Shown: in pieces, positions 45,443-55,574 of the stretch
Layout: each line of letters opens with the position of its first letter
Numbering within the stretch: the first letter of the stretch is position 1
Virus record (IMG/VR): IMGVR_UViG_3300014205_000201
Strand: one strand, 5' to 3'
DNA from: a virus
Lineage: Duplodnaviria; Heunggongvirae; Uroviricota; Caudoviricetes
DNA length: 64,000 nucleotides
Program-made: the position numbers and the translations under genes
The notes under the pieces: generated by a model
The model's input: the letters and a program-made list of their open reading frames with translations, nothing else
What the model was told of the DNA's origin: nothing
The model's database searches: none

Positions 45443-45951
45443 TAGTTTGTAACTCCTTTAGGTCTTTCAAAATAGAACCAAGACGTAACACTGCGCGGTT
45501 CTGTGCTGCCCTTGCGCTTTACTCCATTAGAAAAACGTACTTGGCTGCCGAACTTGGGCTTAAATGGGAAGCAAGCTAAGAAGCGCCCGTTAGAAATATG
45601 GTTGTCATTCCATTTTAATTGCAAGTTTCCTAATGGTTCAAGCACCCGCATAAATTCGTCAAATGCTTGTCTTAAATCACGCTGCCACGTTTCAGGTTCA
45701 AGTAGGCCGTATTTTTCTGCGAAGTTAAAGCCCATTGGCTTACCCTTTGAGACATAGAGCATATGCGGGAAGTCTGCAACTACTGTTCTAAATTTGCCTT
45801 CAACAAAGGGGAGGTTTTGCCAGACACAGATAATATCTGGCTTAACTTCACGGCGCTTATCCATATAGACTGTATCGGGGTCCTTCTTGTCAATCCACAT
45901 GGCGCGGAAACTTGCGGTAGCATCAAGGATGTGGGGTTGGTTAGAACTCAT
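45442..45951 (-). CDS. hypothetical protein with weak methyltransferase-like motifs (ILDATASF; VADFPHM)
   Basis: 169 aa; the motifs are only suggestive. Confidence 0.3.
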   Translation of the reverse strand: MSSNQPHILDATASFRAMWIDKKDPDTVYMDKRREVKPDIICVWQNLPFVEGKFRTVVADFPHMLYVSKGKPMGFNFAEKYGLLEPETWQRDLRQAFDEFMRVLEPLGNLQLKWNDNHISNGRFLACFPFKPKFGSQVRFSNGVKRKGSTEPRSVTSWFYFERPKGVTN

Positions 45952-46134
45952 TAGTCAATTCACACCCCGCTAAGGGATGCTTTTATTTTTTGAAAATAAG
46001 CATCCGTTAACTCTACGCTTTCCTGTAACAAAGATTCGTATTCTTGAAGTAGCTGTTGTTGCTTGCTTAGATTCTCGTTAAGTTTCTTATGAACTGGTGC
46101 TAATTGCTTTTTTAATTCTTCCATACTCATCGAT

Positions 46135-46575
46135 CTAAAACCTCCGATCTGGTTTACCTTTTAATACAAAAAGCGTAATCGGTGAAGGTGAAGTACAGGG
46201 CTTTTGAGTTCTTGCATCTATCCATCTGATTCGGCCCATTGACCTGAGTTCTGCACCGGCTTCTAACATTAGGTTAACATAGCTTTGTGTTGGCAGAACC
46301 ATTACGCTTGTTTTTCCCTTTTTGCTTTCCTCGATAGCTTTCCGCACAAACGCCGTAGGTCCATGGTTATTGAGTGCGTCTTTCTTTCGGAAAGGTGGGT
46401 TTATCCAGTTAACATTGCCCCAGGTTGCTTCTATACCGTCTTGCTTGTATGGGTAGGGGCATGGGTCAAAATCAAAATGGAACTCTGAATTTAATGGCTC
46501 GAAGATGTCTTTAGGGATTAGCCAGTATTGAGCATCATTGGAGTATTTGATTGGTGTGAGTAATTGCTGTATCAC
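46135..46575 (-). CDS. DNA N6-adenine methyltransferase, phage Dam family (PF05869-like)
   Basis: FDFDPCP ... WINPPF (NPPF motif IV); 146 aa. Confidence 0.6.
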   Translation of the reverse strand: MIQQLLTPIKYSNDAQYWLIPKDIFEPLNSEFHFDFDPCPYPYKQDGIEATWGNVNWINPPFRKKDALNNHGPTAFVRKAIEESKKGKTSVMVLPTQSYVNLMLEAGAELRSMGRIRWIDARTQKPCTSPSPITLFVLKGKPDRRF

Positions 46576-46656
46576 TGTTTACCCTCCACTGTTGGATTAG
46601 TTTCTTTTAACATTTTATTCCCGCCACTTCTACCACAACTGGTAGGGCATGGAGAG

Positions 46657-46974
46657 TTATACACCAAGATAGTACCCCACGTACACGTTTGGATCTTCAC
46701 AAAGAAGCCTACCGACAGCAAAAATCTTTCCATCAGTATCAATAGTTGTAACATTCCAACTATGAGCCTTAACTACAAAAGCATCATAACTTAAACGCTC
46801 AGTAATAGTGAACATATCAGGCGACACAGTTCTAATATCAAAGCCCTCCGCTAATAATTTTGCTTTTACGCTATCGTATGTTTGTTGGTTAGCGCTAAAT
46901 AAAAATAACGAACCACCAATTAAACATACAAAAAATATTGTCACTATTATCTTGATCATAGTAGGTTTATTCAT
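46657..46974 (-). CDS. membrane-anchored protein; start taken at the internal Met MNKPTMIKII
   Basis: avoids a 47-nt overlap with the upstream gene. Confidence 0.4.
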   Translation of the reverse strand: MNKPTMIKIIVTIFFVCLIGGSLFLFSANQQTYDSVKAKLLAEGFDIRTVSPDMFTITERLSYDAFVVKAHSWNVTTIDTDGKIFAVGRLLCEDPNVYVGYYLGV

Positions 46975-46975
46975 T

Positions 46976-47389
46976 TTAGTTCTCTCCGACTTTTTTGCCG
47001 TAACTATCAGATTGTAACCCAATGTTTAATCCTGGCGCAAACTCTAAAGGTACATCCGTGTTACACCATGAACCTGTGCTGTATGAGTATGGGTAAGGAT
47101 TTCTTTCAGCTTCTACTTTTTGAAAGTGCCATACGAAGAGGTGCGTTTTGCCGTTTGCGTAAACGTCTAAAAAGTCATTTGCCATATGGAAGTGATTAAA
47201 CTTCTTTAGGTCTTCTACTTTCATGCACCAGCAATCCGCTAGCTCAGCATAACCTATTACTTTACCTTCGCATCCAATGGCGATCTTGCCACGGATAAAG
47301 GTTTTTTGTCGCCGGATTTCCCAGACTTTTAATCTTAAAACTATTTTGCTAGCCCACGGCTCTTTTACTTTAAGGCACTTCATTATCAT
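46976..47389 (-). CDS. ASCH-like domain protein (137 aa)
   Basis: LKVKEPWASKIVLRLKVWEIRRQ. Confidence 0.4.
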   Translation of the reverse strand: MIMKCLKVKEPWASKIVLRLKVWEIRRQKTFIRGKIAIGCEGKVIGYAELADCWCMKVEDLKKFNHFHMANDFLDVYANGKTHLFVWHFQKVEAERNPYPYSYSTGSWCNTDVPLEFAPGLNIGLQSDSYGKKVGEN

Positions 47390-47733
47390 TCACCGCCAGA
47401 TTTTGTTAAACCATCAGCGACTGCTCTATCCCCCCATTTTAATGGGACATCAGATTCATCGATGTATCTTTCATAATATGGATTAAGCGCCCACCAGTAA
47501 ACCTTCTTGCGAATATCATGAGGCACAATCGACCTACCTATAGTAGATAAAGCCAAATTAGATAGCCAAAGACCGAACCCATGAATGCTTGTTTCAGGAT
47601 GACGCAAAGCTACTTCGCTTAAGCGTTCACCCGTAAGAACCAAATCTTGAAGCACCTTTGGAAAAACACCTTCACGTTTACTTGAGGCAATAAGAAGCTG
47701 CATTAGTTCCTCATCGGTCAATAGTTTTCTCAT
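47386..47733 (-). CDS. hypothetical protein (115 aa)
   Basis: ATGA overlap. Confidence 0.45.
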   Translation of the reverse strand: MRKLLTDEELMQLLIASSKREGVFPKVLQDLVLTGERLSEVALRHPETSIHGFGLWLSNLALSTIGRSIVPHDIRKKVYWWALNPYYERYIDESDVPLKWGDRAVADGLTKSGGE

Positions 47734-48032
47734 TATAGAACCACCTTCATAGTGCCAAACTTGCCAACATTAAGTTGCATTTCTCCTTTGAAGCTAGTTA
47801 CATAACCGTTTTCAATCTGTATCCAATCTCCATTCTGAACAAGATCTATTTGTTCATTCCAAAGAGTTAATTTCATTGAGTCGCCATTGCCATCTATTAT
47901 TGTGGCATCACATATCCGATAGGTTTCGTCTTTAAACCGTGACTTAACTTCTCTAATGCTACTTTTTTCTCCGATTTGAGCTTTCAAACTAACTCTTTTA
48001 GATCCATCTTGAAGTTCTTTAATTTGAGTCAT
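47733..48032 (-). CDS. hypothetical protein (99 aa)
   Basis: co-directional packing. Confidence 0.45.
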   Translation of the reverse strand: MTQIKELQDGSKRVSLKAQIGEKSSIREVKSRFKDETYRICDATIIDGNGDSMKLTLWNEQIDLVQNGDWIQIENGYVTSFKGEMQLNVGKFGTMKVVL

Positions 48033-48280
48033 TGTATTTTCTCCTTACCAGATGAGCACAAACTGGTGTCTGATGTAGCCGGTTGCCAGTTACTCCAGTT
48101 ACCTCTGGTAAAAACACATGATACACATGGTTCTTGATCTAACGGTGCAAAGTAACCGTTGCAGGAATCACAATCTTTTTCAGTCATGCTTTCGCCCCTA
48201 CTGGTTTTTGACAACGAGGGCATTTCTTTGGGTTGGGATTTCTTGCTAACCACTCGTAGCCACAAGAACATGTTTTCCAT
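48029..48280 (-). CDS. Cys-rich protein (83 aa; CDSCNGY...CVSC)
   Basis: IR motif copies at 48046 and 48083. Confidence 0.4.
   Translation of the reverse strand: MENMFLWLRVVSKKSQPKEMPSLSKTSRGESMTEKDCDSCNGYFAPLDQEPCVSCVFTRGNWSNWQPATSDTSLCSSGKEKIQ
48046..48070. promoter_or_regulatory. IR motif copy (taccagatgagcacaaactggtgtc)
   Basis: CCAGAT-N8-AACTGGTG. Confidence 0.45.
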
Positions 48281-48737
48281 CTCTCTTTAATTGAACCTGT
48301 TACCATTTTAAATCACATTACATCACTAAGTAAGGTATTTGAATATAAGCTTTGGGGTAATATGGTTGCCGCAAGTTAACCATGAACTGTCATTCAAAAT
48401 AGGAGAAGGTTGTGGCAAACGTGTAGCTTGCCACCGCAAGAACCGCAACACATACAAGGGATCTCCGACTGGTAGCTTCGCCAACCCAAGGCAATAATCA
48501 AGTCAGCGCTAAATATATAAATAATTTTCGGTACATGATAAAACTTAAATGCAATAACAACCCATGAATAGTTATGGCTGAGTCGGCAAATTACATAATG
48601 TGTTGCCCATGGAAATCTTGGGCAGGCGTTTTAGCTTCCTATTTTCAGATTCTCTTTTTTAGGAAGTTTTTCAGCCCATGAAGTATATAGAGCACATACT
48701 CATACACCTGTATGCGCTTGCAGTTTGCCGCTCAGCC

Positions 48738-49259
48738 TCAAAACATTAACCGCTTATAAACACCATACTTCTTAAACAACTTCGACAAAGCCAATAAACC
48801 ATTTAACAAACCAACATAAACACCGATAACAAATATAGATAAAACTACAGCGGGATTACTTTGAAACGATAACAAAGCTTCTGTTACACCAATAGCTTGA
48901 CTAGTTGACATGTTAGGAATAAGTTGCAGGATACCTGGATTAAAAGTTGATTGCATCACACTAAACCCATGAAACGCTGAATCTGTTGAAACCGTTGACT
49001 GAGCTATTGTTATTATGGAATTATAATAACTGGGCCACTGCTCATAAAACATAAGATAAAAAGGAATATCCTGAACCATAGAAACAGAGAGCAAAACAAC
49101 AACAATTTTTACGCAATTTAGTTTACCAAAGTAGGGCATAAACAAAGCAGTAACAATCACGTACAAAGCATAGTTGGTTACTGGTATGGGGTTGAAGAGT
49201 TTGCCTACAAAAAAAGAAGAGATAATAATTGAAAGATAAAGGATAGTTTTAGTCTTCAA
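48738..49259 (-). CDS. polytopic membrane protein (173 aa)
   Basis: five or more TM helices. Confidence 0.5.
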   Translation of the reverse strand: MKTKTILYLSIIISSFFVGKLFNPIPVTNYALYVIVTALFMPYFGKLNCVKIVVVLLSVSMVQDIPFYLMFYEQWPSYYNSIITIAQSTVSTDSAFHGFSVMQSTFNPGILQLIPNMSTSQAIGVTEALLSFQSNPAVVLSIFVIGVYVGLLNGLLALSKLFKKYGVYKRLMF

Positions 49260-49271
49260 ATTAGCCGCGCT

Positions 49272-50171
49272 CTAATATCGCCTTGGCTTAAAGAGATTTC
49301 CAATATATGCGCCCCAGTTCTGATAAATCCCACCGTATCGTGCAATCATTGTATTTGCACCTCTAGCTGGTGCCCAACCGATAAAGCTGCAAAGCGCCAA
49401 AGTATCTTTAATTTCGTAGAACTCGTTAAGCTCCTTAGTACGCACATGCCGCAGACCATGAAGTTTGAAACTATGGTCATGTTGTGGAGTTGTATCATAT
49501 TGTGCTATATCATCTGATTTTTTGAGTTTTTTATATTCTCGGTATATAATACCATTTGTTGGAGATTTTAATTGTGTATTTTCAGGTATAATTGCCAATT
49601 TACCCAACACTATTCTTACAGTATAGCGTTCTACAGGATAAGAAAATTGTTTGAAGCATCCTCTGGTTTCAATGAAGTCTAAGTAATGCTTACGGTTAGA
49701 TGGGAATAATGGTTCATTGCCTCTTTGTTGATAGTAGTTATAGATTTCCTCTGCCCATGGTTCAAACTTTTTATCAAATGGTATTGCAGCATGTCGATAA
49801 GGAACTGTTTCACCTTGCAATAAATGTTTTTTAGCTATAGGAATTTTGAAAACGGCCACTTTTTTGGGAGAGGGAGGCATCATCATCAAGGCCATAACTT
49901 GCCCCATTGACATGTTAGGGTTTGAATTAATTTGGTTTAAACGTTCGGTTTGTTCTTCTGTAGATACTGCGGCTGGGTGATATTCATCTATCCAAGCATA
50001 TCCTTTGCCAATTGTGCCATACGCTTTTTCGCCATTACAAGGTTTATTAGCAAACTCTACGGATCTACCTCCAAAAGTTAAGGCACATTTTGTGAACATG
50101 CGTACTTCAGGATCTTTTATCTGTTCAATTGCCTCTCGTATTAATTGTGGAGTTGGTTCAATAAGTTCCAT
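49272..50171 (-). CDS. tyrosine recombinase/integrase (299 aa); paralog of 55801-56979
   Basis: KLHGLRHVRTKE (HxxR) ... ARYGGIY. Shares FKIPIAKKH ... VPYRHAAIPF ... FEPW with the paralog. Confidence 0.6.
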   Translation of the reverse strand: MELIEPTPQLIREAIEQIKDPEVRMFTKCALTFGGRSVEFANKPCNGEKAYGTIGKGYAWIDEYHPAAVSTEEQTERLNQINSNPNMSMGQVMALMMMPPSPKKVAVFKIPIAKKHLLQGETVPYRHAAIPFDKKFEPWAEEIYNYYQQRGNEPLFPSNRKHYLDFIETRGCFKQFSYPVERYTVRIVLGKLAIIPENTQLKSPTNGIIYREYKKLKKSDDIAQYDTTPQHDHSFKLHGLRHVRTKELNEFYEIKDTLALCSFIGWAPARGANTMIARYGGIYQNWGAYIGNLFKPRRY

Positions 50172-50349
50172 TGTTAAGTTTTCTCCGGTTCTTCTTTTTG
50201 GAATAAAGTTAGCATTAAAAGAAATGCGTTAAAGGCCACACCGACTAATTGACCATATATTTGTGATGCTGGGTCAATGAATGCGACAAAGAAGTATCCT
50301 AAGAATATAATCAATGCAAACCCAGTTGATACGGCTAGGGCGCTATGTA

Positions 50350-50562
50350 TCATGTAATGCGTTTGGGTTTGCGCTCCTTCTTCTTTTCAATAGGTTGCGA
50401 TTTAGCGGGATATCGTTTAGCAAAACAGTCTTTATTATTAGCTACCAGAATAAGTCGGTATAAGCACCCACATGTTTTGCATCTGTAAAGAGTTCCAGAT
50501 TTAGAGTTAATTTCCTCTTTTAGTTTTGCTCCATCATGATCGCAAATTAGGCTAGCCATCAA
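50350..50562 (-). CDS. zinc-ribbon protein (70 aa; CDHDG...CKTCG)
   Basis: adjacent to the integrase. Confidence 0.4.
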   Translation of the reverse strand: MMASLICDHDGAKLKEEINSKSGTLYRCKTCGCLYRLILVANNKDCFAKRYPAKSQPIEKKKERKPKRIT

Positions 50563-50714
50563 ATCGTGTATCTTCTTTGATTCGGTTTTTTACATCTTCA
50601 GGGATAGATTGGTCGAATAATACACTACATAAAACTGACCGCTGATTTGTATTCAAATGGTTATGTCTCCTATATTTATAATCTACAATATGGCGGTAAC
50701 TTGTATAAAAAATA

Positions 50715-50741
50715 TACTGACAGTTGAAAAAGAAGTGTCAC
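50715..50741. promoter_or_regulatory. IR motif variant (actgacagttgaaaaagaagtgtcacc) in the divergent region
   Basis: CTGACAGTT half-site. Confidence 0.4.
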
Positions 50742-50814
50742 CGCATGGATGGCAAAGCTTTTAAGCTGTAACCGCTGAATATTGTATAATCTCGGAAGAG
50801 AGAGGATTGAAAGA

Positions 50815-51318
50815 ATGAACGATACAGTGTTTAGACAAAAAAGAATAGAATCTATCTATATTGATGAAGACGGAATGTATGTCAAAGCAGAAGGAAGAGA
50901 AGTCGAATACGTTGGCTTCTGGCTCCGGCTATATGGCGAACATTTCAGACCCTGTTTAAAATGCCAAACAGAACTAATAGAACTGCTAAATAACGCAGAG
51001 CTAAGTTTTAAACCAAATACCATGGCAGTCTATTTCCATCAACGAGTGGACGAAAAGAAAGACGAAATCTATTACGCCTTTGGATTACCATTCATAAATC
51101 AACTAATCAGTTATGAATGGAAACCATGTGCTACCGACCAAAAAGTTCTCAGAAACATAATCATCAAATGCAAACACTTCAGAATAGGCAACAAAGAATA
51201 CACAGACCCCGTAGAGTTCTATCGAGAGTTTGAAGTAGATGACAAGTCTTGGAAAGAACTAGAACACCGAAAACCCACCAAAGAAGAGATTGAACTAAAT
51301 AACAAAGGTGAACTATAA
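50815..51318 (+). CDS. hypothetical protein (167 aa)
   Basis: SD GAGAGAGGA; TGTATAAT -10-like box 25 nt upstream. Confidence 0.5.
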   Translation: MNDTVFRQKRIESIYIDEDGMYVKAEGREVEYVGFWLRLYGEHFRPCLKCQTELIELLNNAELSFKPNTMAVYFHQRVDEKKDEIYYAFGLPFINQLISYEWKPCATDQKVLRNIIIKCKHFRIGNKEYTDPVEFYREFEVDDKSWKELEHRKPTKEEIELNNKGEL

Positions 51319-51434
51319 TGGACAAATGCAATACAGCGCAACTGAGAGAACGCAAAATTCTGGAACATAGTTGGGCTAAAGGAATTTCTTATACTGAAGC
51401 AAAGCAGCTTATTGAAAACTTTCTAAACTACTGA
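51318..51434 (+). CDS. 38-aa mini-protein (MDKCNTAQLRERKILEHSWAKG...)
   Basis: TAATG overlap. Confidence 0.35.
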   Translation: MDKCNTAQLRERKILEHSWAKGISYTEAKQLIENFLNY

Positions 51435-51626
51435 GGGATAACTTTTGTCAGAAAAGAAATCCAAAATACAAGAGAACATCGATAGACAGGCCAAAGAATG
51501 GAAAGAAGCACATAAAGATAAACCAATTTCTAAAGGCGCTCAAGAATTTGCAGATTGGTTCGAGAAATGGGAAAACCACATCAAAACCGGTAAATTCAAA
51601 AAACCAGAAGCAAAAGAGGAATAACA

Positions 51627-52013
51627 ATGGCTGATTACATTATCGAAACCAAAGACGATAGAGTAATGATCAGCGTACTAAACAATCAAGATAAAAATCA
51701 AGAACGCATGGCAGCCTTCGCTAAATACTTCTTAGACATAATCGAAGAAAAAATAAGCCTTGACAAAATCGGCAACATCATACTACTGCACTACCCAGGC
51801 GACAACAACCAAAACAATTGGTATCCATTTAGAGTTGTACCGTTACTCTGGAAAATGAATATTATAGGAACATCCATGGCACTAGATAATCTGGTGGAAT
51901 GTTTAGGCGGAACTAGAAAACAAGCTAAGAAGATGCTTAAAGATTGCGCTGACAAAGACGCTGACTTAATTCCATTGATTGAAGAATTAAAGCTAGCTGA
52001 AATAGAGGCATAG
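51627..52013 (+). CDS. hypothetical protein (128 aa)
   Basis: SD AAGAGGAA. Confidence 0.5.
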   Translation: MADYIIETKDDRVMISVLNNQDKNQERMAAFAKYFLDIIEEKISLDKIGNIILLHYPGDNNQNNWYPFRVVPLLWKMNIIGTSMALDNLVECLGGTRKQAKKMLKDCADKDADLIPLIEELKLAEIEA

Positions 52014-52032
52014 CCCCTCTTTTTATTTTTAC

Positions 52033-52056
52033 TGCCAGTTCCAGACAAACTGGCGG
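52033..52056. promoter_or_regulatory. IR motif copy (tgccagttccagacaaactggcgg)
   Basis: CCAGTT-N7-AACTGG. Confidence 0.55.
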
Positions 52057-52257
52057 CTAGCAGTAATCGTAGGGATTACCCATCTCTATAACCTTATGCA
52101 AATACTCAAAATGTTTCCTGTGATCAACCTCATTTATCGCAGTGGCATTACATGGTGCTGGCTTACGGACACCAGCATTCAAATGAGCATCCAAATCATG
52201 CTGAGAAAAGAAAAAGACATCTTTACAATACGGGCAGCGATAAATCGTGCCAGTCAC
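52057..52257 (-). CDS. C2H2-like zinc-finger mini-protein (66 aa)
   Basis: YRCPYCKDVFFFSQHDLDAHLNA (C-x2-C ... H-x4-H). Confidence 0.45.
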   Translation of the reverse strand: MTGTIYRCPYCKDVFFFSQHDLDAHLNAGVRKPAPCNATAINEVDHRKHFEYLHKVIEMGNPYDYC

Positions 52258-52460
52258 ATAGGCACCCCCAGAATTTTAGCCACAATTTCTTCAGCGCTAT
52301 AACCGATAGCAAACATATAATCACTAAACTGTGTCTTCCACATATTATTGAAACGTTCACGATCACGCTTACTCATCCAACGAGGAATATCTATAACTTC
52401 AAAATAACCAGATGCCTTATCGACTTTTATCAAATATGCATTTGGGTACATAACAATCAC
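52254..52460 (-). CDS. hypothetical protein (68 aa)
   Basis: ATGA overlap. Confidence 0.4.
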   Translation of the reverse strand: MIVMYPNAYLIKVDKASGYFEVIDIPRWMSKRDRERFNNMWKTQFSDYMFAIGYSAEEIVAKILGVPM

Positions 52461-52587
52461 CTAAGAAATGTTAAAGGTAGACAGGGCGCTCGCCATCTTA
52501 GAATGGACTTGAGAGTGAAAGTGAAACGGGCGGCCACCCCTAACGCCTACACTAAAAAATCTAAGCAACATAACATATAACCGTTTC

Positions 52588-53547
52588 TTACTCATACAAA
52601 CTACCCAACTGCTTCAAATCACTTTTAGGTTTAGATAACTCCGCAAGATAACTGTTAAATCCCTGGATAGCTAACGTGTTTTGCTCTAAGATTTTAGCCA
52701 TACCAGCCTTCTCAAGCTCACTCTGAGTAAACGCTTTATTCACAGCATCAACTAACCTTTCAAACTTTGTAACAATATCCGGTTTAATAACATGAACCTC
52801 TAAACCTCTTTTATGACTAATATCACCCGTAACTATAACAGGCATACCAAGTTCCTTATAAGTGGTAATCATCTTATACGGCAAAGGGCGATCATAATTA
52901 TAAACATCATGAGCATCATACCAAACCACATCGTTCAAAAAAGTCTGACTTATAACTAAATCCGCAATTAACCCAGAAGCAATAAACGCATTATACAATA
53001 ATTGCTTAACTAACCCTATCGGTTCAGTAGCTTTATTTGGATTAACTAAATGAACCCGAACTCTACCATTCACCCACCACTGAATCCTACCCACCGTGTA
53101 CTGCTCTTTATCCCAAATCAAATTATGATTAACATTCTTACTCAACCGCCAACCAACCTCAACAGCCAACCCCGTAACCTCACCATAAAACTTCACCCTA
53201 CTCAAACAATCAGGAACACCAACCTCCGCAAACACCGCATGCTGACTATCAGGCTTTGAACAAACACGATTATATGAGCCTCGCCCATTTTGAGGTAAGG
53301 AACGGATGTCGGTTTTAAATTCGCTAGCATACCGCCATAATAGTTCTTTCTTTTCTTTATAAGGGATCTTTAATTCGACTGCTGCTTTCTTGAGGTATCC
53401 ACGTTTCCGTATGGTAGGATTGTCACGTAGCCATGCAAAAAGTTGGTACTTTAAAGGTTCATCAGAAAGTTTTCCTACCTTGCCCAGAACCTTACCTTCC
53501 TTACCTAGAACCTTACCTGAACTATTGGGATTTGGGTTGATAGCCAT
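52588..53547 (-). CDS. hypothetical protein (319 aa), possibly replication-associated; no motif recognised
   Basis: largest ORF of the module bounded by the two paralogous integrases. Confidence 0.45.
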   Translation of the reverse strand: MAINPNPNSSGKVLGKEGKVLGKVGKLSDEPLKYQLFAWLRDNPTIRKRGYLKKAAVELKIPYKEKKELLWRYASEFKTDIRSLPQNGRGSYNRVCSKPDSQHAVFAEVGVPDCLSRVKFYGEVTGLAVEVGWRLSKNVNHNLIWDKEQYTVGRIQWWVNGRVRVHLVNPNKATEPIGLVKQLLYNAFIASGLIADLVISQTFLNDVVWYDAHDVYNYDRPLPYKMITTYKELGMPVIVTGDISHKRGLEVHVIKPDIVTKFERLVDAVNKAFTQSELEKAGMAKILEQNTLAIQGFNSYLAELSKPKSDLKQLGSLYE

Positions 53548-53814
53548 ACGGAGACACAGCCAAGGGATTGCTTAGGGATAGTTACTTAGACATAAAGTGT
53601 TAATAAGATTTGCCATAGAATTATTTAGCGGCACTGCTAGGAATTATATCATAGCAACTCTGAAAAGAAGCAACCAATGCAGGTTTACAATCATTAGAAT
53701 ACACTTGTTTAAAATTATTATGACCTACACAAGTTCTACACCAAATAATCTTCGCTTGGCAACAATTACAGAAACCATCACTATCAGAACGACGCATATC
53801 TACATCTCCAACAG

Positions 53815-54141
53815 TTATGTTCCTTCAACATGATGCCATTCAAGAACAGGGCGATTATGACAAGTCGATCTTGAACTAGATACATAATTGCCTTTCTTCA
53901 GAAATCCTTGATGAGCTAATTCCTTAAGAATTGCACCATAAACTCGCCGATCACGCCCTAACCGAAATACACTTTCATCTAATTGATGAAGATCATCTGA
54001 AGTTATAGTTTTACGCTTTCGAGCAATAGCTCTAACGGCTAGTTTTAGATTTTCGTCTGAGGGGCACCATTCCATTAATGTTTTAAAGTTTTCTTTAGAT
54101 GGTTCCGCTTTTAATTTAATATTGATTCCTCCTGGGCGCAC
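53815..54141 (-). CDS. hypothetical protein, possibly DNA-binding (108 aa)
   Basis: co-directional packing. Confidence 0.4.
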   Translation of the reverse strand: MRPGGINIKLKAEPSKENFKTLMEWCPSDENLKLAVRAIARKRKTITSDDLHQLDESVFRLGRDRRVYGAILKELAHQGFLKKGNYVSSSRSTCHNRPVLEWHHVEGT

Positions 54142-54305
54142 TTTTTTAGTTCCACTTTTTGTTTAGCGTAATAGAATATTGGCCAAGCGATAATTGAGAG
54201 AACAGCCATAAACGGAATACAAAGTAAAGTAACGGCGGCAACTATTTGTTTTAACAGTAAACATTTAATCAACAAGATAGCGATCTCCCGTGGGGCAATA
54301 AACAA
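54111..54305 (-). CDS. small membrane protein (64 aa)
   Basis: TM helices. Confidence 0.35.
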   Translation of the reverse strand: MFIAPREIAILLIKCLLLKQIVAAVTLLCIPFMAVLSIIAWPIFYYAKQKVELKKCAQEESILN

Positions 54306-54383
54306 ATTCCCCTTTGCCTACTTGCGCGAAACGTTTTTTATAATCCCACATTTGACCGCAACCTTCGCAACATTTGCTTAACA

Positions 54384-54581
54384 TCAATAGCGCCTCGTTC
54401 GTTTAGATTCAAAAGTACAACTAGCCACATACTTACATTTACCGCAAGTTTCATGAATCTTCTTACAATATTCACCGAGGGCTTGCTTAAAATAGAAACA
54501 ACCAGAAAAATCGCGGCTAGCACAATTCATCTTAGTTAAACCATTACAATTATTAATTATAGAACAAACATTCTGAGTCAT
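54384..54581 (-). CDS. Cys-rich mini-protein (65 aa, about 10 Cys)
   Basis: CxxC-rich. Confidence 0.4.
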   Translation of the reverse strand: MTQNVCSIINNCNGLTKMNCASRDFSGCFYFKQALGEYCKKIHETCGKCKYVASCTFESKRTRRY

Positions 54582-54732
54582 AATTCTATTCCTCTAGCGC
54601 GTTCTTTAGCTTTAAATGTCCCACAATAAGTTCCTCCCATATGGTTGCAAGTGTAGCTTGTTTTAGAATACGCTTTACATGTAACTTTGTATATACATGA
54701 TTCACGCATATAATTCATACAGCCACCATCCA

Positions 54733-54975
54733 TTATGATATCCCATCCTTGTTCTTCTTCAAAGATTCATTTTCAACTCGTAAAGCTGTAACTTCTTTGC
54801 CAAGCTTTCCGTTTTCTTTAAGTAAAAGCTGGTTAGCATCAAGCACTTCTTTTAATTTTGAATTAGCCAACACCAAAGGAACCATCATTGTGTTACCACT
54901 AAAACCAGCAGCGCCTACACTGCGGATATCAGAAACTTTAACAGCTAAATTTTCAATACCTAACATATTATTCAA
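54733..54975 (-). CDS. hypothetical coiled-coil protein (80 aa)
   Basis: co-directional packing. Confidence 0.4.
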   Translation of the reverse strand: MNNMLGIENLAVKVSDIRSVGAAGFSGNTMMVPLVLANSKLKEVLDANQLLLKENGKLGKEVTALRVENESLKKNKDGIS

Positions 54976-55089
54976 CTCTCAATCTTGGACATCCAATACA
55001 TTCAGAATCAGCTATACCACTTTTGAAAAAACAAGCCTCTGGGTCAGCACAGATAAAACGACGGTTTTGTTTGATATCTTGAGATGTCA

Positions 55090-55299
55090 TTATGGTTTTC
55101 CTCCAGCAGCCCAAGCTGACAACTTAGCACAGCCATTTACATCACAGGGTTTTTCAGTTAAGCTTTTAGAGCAAACCATACATGGAACTTCAGCTAACAC
55201 ATCATCCAAATTGGGTAATTCAGTTTGAACATTTTTATATACTATTTTTGGGTAATTATCAATTAATGATTTCTGCGTATAATTAAACCTCCACTCCAT
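55090..55299 (-). CDS. Cys-containing mini-protein (69 aa)
   Basis: CMVC...C. Confidence 0.4.
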   Translation of the reverse strand: MEWRFNYTQKSLIDNYPKIVYKNVQTELPNLDDVLAEVPCMVCSKSLTEKPCDVNGCAKLSAWAAGGKP

Positions 55300-55574
55300 T
55301 TACTTTTATTACCTCAAATGTTATTTCATCACCACCCTTCAGAGATAGCAAATCAGTAACATATTTTGGGTATTGCATTCTTTTTCTTGAATCAATTTTA
55401 ATTGTAAATATATGTTTCTTAGGGTTTGTTTCGGTCATCCAAGTTACCTCTCGCTCACCCCATATTACCCCAAGTAGTATAAAAGATTTGTCATAAGTTA
55501 CTGCACTATGACTACCACAACATATTATATACTACCTATCATAAACCGAGTTAACGATAAAGAAGTGTTTTAAA

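Noticed and set aside
48300-48737. Possible ncRNA or att site in the 440-bp spacer between 48280 and 48738 (partial inverted repeats around ggttgccgcaag ... cttgccaccgcaag)
   Set aside because: The repeats are imperfect, and I found no tRNA-like or known ribozyme core. The region may simply hold the promoter for 48029-48280. Left for computational folding rather than reported as a feature.
52096-52580. Plus-strand ORFs 52096-52302 and 52152-52580
   Set aside because: They are antisense to the compact minus-strand genes 52057-52257 and 52254-52460. The 142-aa frame is His/Asn-rich, reflecting AT-rich antisense. There is no start context.
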